DNA of 64,000 nucleotides from Vezdaea acicularis (Eukaryota): NCBI GenBank assembly GCA_026025075.1, contig JAPEUI010000001.1, positions 1 to 64,000 of the forward strand, read 5' to 3'. Shown piece by piece: positions 55,660 to 64,000 of this stretch (position 1 is its first letter; each line of letters starts with the position of its first letter). The notes under the pieces were generated by a model. It saw only the letters and a program-made list of their open reading frames with translations, ran no database searches and was not told where the DNA came from. The position numbers and the translations under genes were made by a program.

Positions 55660-58137
55660 ATGGTGTTTTCCCCAATGACTTCCGCCAGTGAAGGCTCGCC
55701 CTTGGCAATGACTCCACCTTCATCGCCACCGTCCGACAATGAGATCGGTGGGGTAAAGGTCTCGGACGAGATGCTGGCGGAGGAGAAGGAGATGATGAGA
55801 GCTGGGAAAGAGAGATGGGATAAAGAACAAGCAAAGCAAGCCAATAAAGCTGGCAAGGAAAGCAAGAAAGACGTAGACGCGAAGTACACCCAATTGGAGC
55901 ATTTACTTGCACAGAGCCAGGTCAGTTGAGTTTACTTTTACATATTAATACTATTCACTAATACCAAAGCGCTCATTTCACAGGTCTATGCATCAGCACT
56001 CCAAAATCAATTCACCGAGTCTGATGCAAAGGGATTGCTTGCAAATAAAGAGATTGCCGCTGCGAAGCAGCCTAAAGCAGTCACTGGAGGGAAGATGCGG
56101 AGTTACCAACTAGAAGGGCTTGCTTGGTTAAGCAATCTCTTTGGAAATGGGCTTAATGGCATCCTTGCGGACGAGATGGGGTTGGGGAAAACCATTCAGA
56201 CTATTGCTTTCCTCGCCTTTTTAAAGGAGAAGAACGTCCATGGTCCTTTCCTTGTTGTGGCGCCGCTGAGCACTCTCAGCAATTGGGTGGAAGAATTTAG
56301 AAAGTGGACGCCGAAGATCCCTGTTCTTCTATACCATGGAAGTAAAGATGAGCGGTTGGAACTCCAGAAGACACTAAATAACCCTTATAGACAAAACTTT
56401 CCTGTCATTTGCACGTCGTACGAGATCTGCATGAATGACAGGAGATTCCTGGGAAGTCCAAACTGGAAATATATCATCATCGTGAGTATATTCATTTCAA
56501 GCCCGAAACGGATTGGGTTCTGACGAGCAGCTTAGGATGAAGGGCACCGGTTGAAAAACTACCATTGTAGATTGCTTCAGGAACTGGAGCAATACAGGTC
56601 AGAGAATCGCCTGTTAATTACCGGGACGCCCCTACAAAATAATCTTGCGGAGTTATGGTCGCTTCTTCATTTCCTCATGCCTACGATATTCCAAGACCTT
56701 GACTCTTTCGAGACGTGGTTCGACTTCTCTGGTCTACGCCAGAAAGAGGGCCACAAGGCAATACTAGACAAGGAACGCAAGCAGAATGTGATTGCAAAAC
56801 TCCACGCGATCCTGCATCCGTTCTTGCTGCGCAGAATCAAGGCTGACGTCGAGAGTGATTTACCTCCGAAGCGTGAGTACATCATATATGCACCTCTCTC
56901 AACCTCGCAACGTGAGATCTACAGAGAGATTGTGCATGGAAACATCCGCGAACATCTAGAGAACAAAGTTGTCGAGGCTATCGAGGCCCGCTCTGGTGCA
57001 AGTACACCAAATAGCATGGTCGCTAGGGGTAAGAAACGGAAAGCCGCAAGCAAAGTACCAACACCGTCGAACAAGAGTGCAAGATCCTCGCGTGCATCTA
57101 CTCCCGCTAGCAATGGTCGAATGCGCAAAGCTAAAAAGAATGCTAAATACGAGGAACTTGATGATCGGGAGTACTTCAGAAAACTGGAGTCGGAGTCAGA
57201 CTCTGAAGAAGAGGCTCTATCCGACACGGAACTCGAAGAGCTACAACGCCAACAAAGCATTGCCTTGGCAAAGAAAGAGATTTCCAACAAGAAACTGCAG
57301 AACCCAGTAATGCAGCTGCGGCTTGCCTGCAACTCCCCACACAACTTCTACTGGCCATTCCCAGAGTCCTCTGATCCCGACTACAGCCTTGTCACCGAGA
57401 GCGGCAAGATGTCTATCTTAGACCAGCTAGTCCCCAACCTAATACAGAAGGGCCACAAAGTCCTCATCTTTAGTCAATTCACGGCCCAGCTCGATATCCT
57501 CTCCGAATGGGCCATCGTCCTGCGCGGGTTGGACACTTGCCGTATAGATGGAAGCACCAAGCAAGACGATCGCCGACAGGAAATCGCTAACTTCAATAAT
57601 AAAAAGCTCAACTTCAACCTCTTCCTCCTCTCCACCCGCGCCGGCGGTCAAGGTATCAACCTTGCTGCCGCTGACACCGTTATCTTGTACGACTCGGATT
57701 GGAACCCGCAACAGGACCTCCAAGCACAAGACCGCGTCCACCGCATCGGGCAAACTAAACCCGTGATTGTCTATCGCCTTGCCACAAAAGGCACCATCGA
57801 AACGACCCTTCTCGAAAAAGCGGAAGGCAAGCGACGCCTCGAGAAGCTCGTCATCCGCAAGGGGCGCTTCAAGCGGCACAATCGCTCACTTGTGACCGAG
57901 CAAGACGACTTCGAAGAATTGAGGAAGGCGCTAATGCAGGATGATTTCGAGAAGTTCGAGTTGGGCGAGCATGAGCTGCTGAGTGAAGAGGACTTGGATA
58001 TTCTCACTGATAGGAGTCAGGAGGCATATAAGAAGGCCGAGAGTGGAGAGGGCAATGCGAGTGCCTTCAAGGTCGTGGAGAGTAGAAAGGAGGAGAAAGG
58101 GGGGATTTTGAAGGAGATGCAAGGGATGGCGGCATAA
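55660..58137 (+). CDS. LSH/HELLS/DDM1-type SNF2 chromatin-remodelling ATPase (Irc5/MUS-30-like); introns 55921-55983, 56482-56535
   Basis: QPKAVTGGKMRSYQLEG, NGILADEMGLGKTIQT, DEGHRLKN, LITGTPLQNNLAELWSLL, LLSTRAGGQGINL, DSDWNPQQDLQAQDRVHRIGQ, KRRLEKLVI. Confidence 0.93.
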
Positions 58138-58853
58138 AAGGGGGTTAGCTACAATTCAAGAAAGCGGCGTGGGACTTCTTAGAAACGTCTGGCGCTCTGT
58201 GTTTTTGGTTTGCATACAAAGCTTGGGAGGATATCCTTCTTGCATTTTAGCAGGGCGCGTCGTGGCTGCGGCTAGACCTATAACGTGGCATGCATTGACT
58301 CTCAATTAGGAATAGTATATCAAGCTATCGGATCATGCTGTCGAAGCTTCAGTTATGCGGACTAAGACGTCTTAAAGTTCTACAGCTCAGGTTGGCGATT
58401 TGCGCATAAGTCCCTACAAAGGGAGCGATACAATCGACCGCCCCACTATTCCATAAATGAGATCTCGCCTAGGAGCAGAGGTGGAGCTTCGTTGGGCTCA
58501 GGAGGTTTCGGAGTGCTTCAATTCTTTGTTCTACTATTGAGTTGTCCGGTATTTCTACGCCTCTTGGGAGAGATAGCGCGGGAAATTATACATCGAAGTC
58601 ATTACCTCACGCCAAGTGCCCGGCTAAGTGACCCTTTCAGCACCGCGTCCTGCATATAATATGCCATTCCATGCCCAAAGAAGTAGTGAGGCTGCGTTCA
58701 GATCATGACCCCGTACTTTATCCGCTCTCGTTGGTGATTTCTACCGTGGTATACTGGTTCTGGCATGAAGAATGTGGCAACGTGACCCATGTGTCTTACC
58801 ATATCACAGCGAAGATCCTTTATTGCGCCAGCCTTTTATTGACCAGGCCTTGC

Positions 58854-61535
58854 CTAAGCAAGATAGCCAAGCTCTTCTCCATCTAATCGCTCAAGGTACT
58901 CTTTTTCTAAGAGAATGTCAATGCATTTTTTGATATCCGGTACTTTCGGAGTAAATCTTGTCGATATCTGGGCAATCGTCTCCTGCACAAGCTGGACATG
59001 CTTCATCTTCTTCCTAGCCTTCATGATTCGGACTATTGCAGACTGCGTTTATGAAACATTAGTATATGTCGCATCGAGAAGTTAATTAGCAACACTCACC
59101 TGCATGAGTAGCTTTCGGTCCTCTTCTATGGTCTTGTGTGTATCCTCCACTTCTTGCTTGGTTTCGGACTTTACCTGAATGTTGAGGTTTACCCGCACCT
59201 TCTTGCTCTTGAAGTCATAGTTTAGACTGTATCTTGAACCAGGTTCGATCTTTGCGCCTTCAGGTTGAACAAGCAGAACTTTAGCCTTAAGGAAGATTCC
59301 AAGGGATGGGTCTAGCATCTCCTTTGTCAAACTCGTTGCTTTCTCGATATCCTCGTAGGTTACCGTATCGTGATCGTTAAATAGAAGAAGTATAGCCATT
59401 TGATAGGTGGAGACCTGGAATGTATATGGTATTTTCGTCCCTTTACAGTATGTCGCCTTTAGATCGCCTTTACACAGATTCCATAACCATGTGAGTTTTC
59501 GGCCGCTATGCTTATCAACGTAGAATCGTGTGAAGCGATCGCGGGTCTTGACAAGGGAGTCTGGCGGGATGAAGGGGGTATTTGGCGGTACCAAAGGCCA
59601 GAAACCGGTGCCAAGAATATTGAAGTATGAGTCAACCCCTTTCTTCAAATCCTCTTCATCCAAAGTTTGCCCTAACCAATCTTTGTATGCATTGTTAAGG
59701 TCTTTAGAGACTTGTATGTCCTGGAACATACGTTGCAATTTATTCGTATATTCAAATCCGCAAGCTTCTTTTAATTTGCTGATCATGCTCGTCTCCGCAT
59801 CATCGGACGCAGAACTCGTGTGCACCAACCGTCGAGCCAACATGCGCGAGTAGAATTTTTGGAAAACATCCTTATCTTCAATGTATTTGAAGACAGTCAT
59901 GATTTGAGTTAACGAATTCTCGAGATCGGCCTCTTCAGCACTCTTGGTGCTCTTCTTCAGAAGAGTATCTGTATGTTTGGCCAGTAATTCGGGCGATTTC
60001 GTTGAGCCTGACTTGCAGACTTGATTTCTATTGACGAACTCGCGACATGCGTTGTCTAATGATCGCACAAATTCTGATTCTCCATCAAACGCATTGATAA
60101 CAAGTTGATGGTACTGAGTATGTATCGACAAGAGTGCGTCAACGTAAGTCTTTGGGTCGAGAGCCTCGCCCCCTGAAGCAACTTTCTCAACAGCTGCAAG
60201 GCCCGCTTTCCGAACGTGGGCTTCAAACTTCGTTCGAAGGGGCTCTAAACCATCTGGTATCTTGGAGAGTAATTTATACATCCGCTTCAGGTCGTCTTGG
60301 CGGTCGCCATCAAGAAGGGGTTGGAATTCATCCCGAAGGAGTGTCGCATGCTCAGCAATCAAGACTGTTTGGCAAGTCTTCATTAAAGGTGTCATAATGT
60401 CGGGATGTAGATATAAGGCCACTCTATTCTTTTCCTCTTCTAGACGGAGCTCTGCCTATTAGGGATGTTAGCAGCAACCCGTGTTTTGAAGATAAAAATT
60501 GCCTGTACCTTCTTCATATACTCTACAACGCTATTCTCCGCAACGAACCGCTTTGACTCATCTTGATAGTACTCCGTTGTTGCCGCAAGAAAGGGCTTTT
60601 CAAAGTGAAACCGATAGACGTCAAGACTAGATTTTCTGCTGTCCGCTTCATCAAGACCCAAAGATACTACAGCTGTCAGATTTATCTACTTCTAGGTTCA
60701 CGTCGTCAATCTTACCAAATGAGTCCACAATGCTCTTGATCTGTGCCTGTTCGATTGTTTCGCCATTTCGCTGCTTTTCAACCATTCGCAAGACGGATGC
60801 CATCACATTTCCTTGGACATCCTTAAACAGGTCTGACCTCCATTGAACTAAGTGCAGGGTATACACATCATATATGCTTTTCTTTCCTTCGTCCATCTCC
60901 CTTCTAACCCAGTGTCGATTCAGATACTGGAAAAGATGGTTGATAAATTTGGCAGCCGTGGTGTATCTATTCCACTCCTTAATATAAAAAGAGAGGAGGG
61001 CTTCGTCTGTGTGTGTTGAGGACTTCAGCGATATTTGCCCCAGGTGTTTCTTTAGGTAAAGAATTAGGTTTTTGTATAGATCCTCGCCAAGGAGATGAGC
61101 TAGATGGTGTCAGACAATATTTAGATAGGAAATCTGGTGCTCTTAGCGCAGTCATTAGTGAACCTACCTCCTCTGTGCGAACCAGCCGCCGTTATACCTT
61201 GAGGAGTCGATGTATGTACAGCCTTTTGAGATGTACAAAAGTTGTGAACTGCTGTGTAGACCCCAATCCACTAGTTTCCAAGTATTAGTAACAGGTTCTC
61301 TTAGAACCAAGATCAGAGCCTAATCATACTGTGGCCATCTCGATACCTTGCTGCATCCGGTTCATAATCATGTCGATACCGTCTTCAAGGTAGCGCCATC
61401 TAGAACAGATACCTACTGATTAGCTTCTGCAGAAACAGGTTATCTCAAGATAGTCATCGCAACTTACGTTGCATCTATATCTTCCCTATTTGGAGCTGGA
61501 GGCATCCGCGCCCCCGATACACGGATTGCGGCCAT
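58854..61535 (-). CDS. CUL1: Cullin-1 (CulA/Cdc53), multi-exon
   Basis: [89 protein letters not shown] neddylation motif. Confidence 0.95.
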
Positions 61536-62551
61536 GCCTGGGGTCGTTCCAGAATCTATCTCGTTCGCGTGCCGCGCAGTTCTGTTTTTTGTATGAATAG
61601 TTAAAGCTTAAAGTGCAGAGTTGAGGGGTGATTTAGCTCGAGGGGCTGTTCTCGATGGAAGGACCAGGTTGATTCTGCCTTGTCGTCGCGGACAAGGGTG
61701 GCAGCGCACAGGCCAGATCCGAGTACCAAAAATGCAGGTCTGAGACTCACTCAGCACCACAATGTTACGAAAGCGGAGGTGACAACGCGTCTCAGGAGTC
61801 AAACGGCCTGTGCTTAGTTGGAAAAATCCAGAAAGCAGGCGATACTATGATCCACTGGATTTAAACGTATGGAAGTCCACTTCGGTGAATCGTGTCGGCT
61901 ACCCGCTGTGAATTTAGCTACAGCAGTCAGGCAGCAGAAAGCTCGAGCTCATGTGCGTTGAATCTAGTTTTGAAAGAGAATCATGCGGCATCAACACCGC
62001 ATCTTTCAAGCAAATTCACAGGACTCTGCCGATAGAAGAGAGCGTTGTCAAGCTATATGATTGGCCCAAGAGTGCATCCTGGTGCATAGGAAGAGGCCCT
62101 TGAGCCGCACCTGACAACACACGACGAGCGAGCGAAACTAACTTTAGTGGGCTCTCAGCCTTACGAGGTACAAGCTGATGTTGGCTATCGACAGACAGAG
62201 TTTTTCACAACTTTAGTTGAAAGGGTATTCTAATATCAGTCCCTTTCTGGATCCACTTATTTTGAATAATGCACTCCGCATAATCGGGTGCGCACATGGA
62301 GATTCCACTGAAGACGAGCGGTAACTTTTGGCCGCTTTTGAATGTGAATGCACCATACTGACTGCTTACACTTTTCCTAAGTCCACTCAAACCTTCCCTT
62401 CTTTGCCACCTATAAGCGTAGATAATGTGCAGAACGCAGTCTTGTCATGCCCCAAAACGCCAGAACTATAATGCAAAGAATCTCATTGATGCAACCCCCT
62501 TCCCAAATATGCTTCAATCTCCAAACGCCTGTGTCCCGTATATGATTTCGC

Positions 62552-63841
62552 TCAATCCCGAGCCATACGCTCCACTAGCCTGAAAACACTGACGCCAAAT
62601 GTCAAAATCCACGCAACCAATACAATAAGCAATACTCCGCCTAGAGTCTTTTGCCTGCTACAGAGTTCATTGTTTTTATGGTTTCCAGGAGAATCCAGTG
62701 TCTTTTCGTTTGTGCAGCCCCATCTTGTGTCCCATAATGCGTCCATCGCAAGGCTCAAATTTGCAGACATGAATACGATGAAGAACAAGTCGAGAAAAAT
62801 AAGCCTCATTTTTGCTCTTGGGGACCGAAGGCCTAGCGGTTTTCCAGAGTATTCATCATAAGTGATGTATATTGTGTAGAAAAGAGTGATGGTGTTGACT
62901 ACTATAGCCATCAACGTTGAGGCCCGTTGCGCGTAGAAAAACTTTCGGGAGAGAACCCAGATAGATCCTGCCAACGACATTGCAATGAGAGAAAAGCTCC
63001 AGATGATCGTTCGGAAAAGTAGAGGAACCATGGGATTTCGTAGAAGACCTTGCTATAAGGGCGTCAGAATGGATGACATGCTTGCAAGATTAGCAGAAAG
63101 AACTCACTCGAAATCCTATCCAGCGGCCTTGTGTCCTTGACCTCCTCCCAATATGGTTACCATGCTCATCCAATTCTCGGTCACCACCACGCCAAGGTGC
63201 CTCAAGATCGGCCATGTTATCCTTCAACCATTCCTCATTCACAATTTTATGGGGCTCCCCCGATAGAGTTGGGTTTGCAGTTATTCTTGCAAAATCTTGC
63301 CATTTTGAGACGGAGTCGCCGTATAATTTGCTTGTAATTACCGGTAACCGTTCACGAGCAGCGTCGTGCTTCCTACCAGGCTCTGGCTGCTTCCGTCCCA
63401 ATGACCCAATGGGAAGAAAATTATGCTGCGCGACGTGGGCGTGATCGGGCGTCTCTGGATGGCTATCGGTTGGACTACCACGTAAAACGTCGTCGATTTC
63501 ATACGAGGAGATCCATGCTAGGCAAATGTGAGCTCAAGCGTCCATATTCATTCTCCATGATTGTCCTCACGTGGTAATGTTCTAACCAAAGGTCGAACTG
63601 ATCTGGGTCCTCTCACACCACTCCCTTGAATAGAAGATGATGGCGACAGAAAATCTGACATTCCTGTACTGTGCATGTCTATGGGCGGAAAGTATCCATT
63701 TTGTTGTCCCTCCTCGGATATCTCAGCCTCAGGCACAGGTGGGTGGAATTGTATATGGGGAATTTGTCCTTTCGAGGCTTCCTCATTTTTCGGTGGTGAA
63801 GGGCTTGGAGTATGGCGGCCGATAAGTTCCGTATGTCCCAT
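62552..63841 (-). CDS. Regulator of phospholipase D SRF1-like multi-pass membrane protein, multi-exon
   Basis: SVRPLVRTLP, IVNEEWL...DLEAPW, PMVPLLFRTI, YITYDEYSGKPLGLRSPRAKMRLIFLDLFFIVF.SANLSLA, LCSRQKTL; 4 TM helices. Confidence 0.8.
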
Positions 63842-64000
63842 CTTGAGCGCCGCAGAAGTCGAGCTCCAGGCTCAAATGTTTTTCTAGCACTGCACTTGAC
63901 AGATTGAACATTTTACGATATTCAATCTGTCAACAGATATTAGATGCCTGGAAGTCAGCCTTAAGGCTGTCGGAGAAGGGGGTTTGCCGCGCATGATGTT

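Overview
This is eukaryotic DNA from a filamentous ascomycete (short GT-AG introns with CTAAC/CTGAC branch sites; a lichen-type fungus is possible but is inference). The window has two parts. From about 33 kb onward it is a compact core-gene block: TFIP11/Spp382, UTP14, mitochondrial mL41, a dual-specificity phosphatase, an LSH/HELLS-type SNF2 ATPase, cullin-1, an SRF1-like gene and two long uncharacterised ORFs. The first ~28 kb is accessory-like and ends at a frameshifted DUF3435-like tyrosine recombinase (Starship 'captain') remnant on the minus strand, so it may be cargo of a decayed Starship. This left part holds: an intron-containing bacterial-type M23 peptidase with C-terminal tandem repeats; a head-to-head pair of an intact helical-repeat/CHAT (caspase-like) protease and an uncharacterised 277-aa beta-rich protein, a candidate protease-activated cell-death module; a CmcJ/AsaB-like oxidoreductase; an acid phosphatase; a Cys-rich modular gene; and a Ppo dioxygenase-P450 fusion. 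Two dispersed non-coding repeats alternate A-B-A'-B' and bracket different gene sets like cassette ends. All calls come from reading motifs by eye; no database searches were run.
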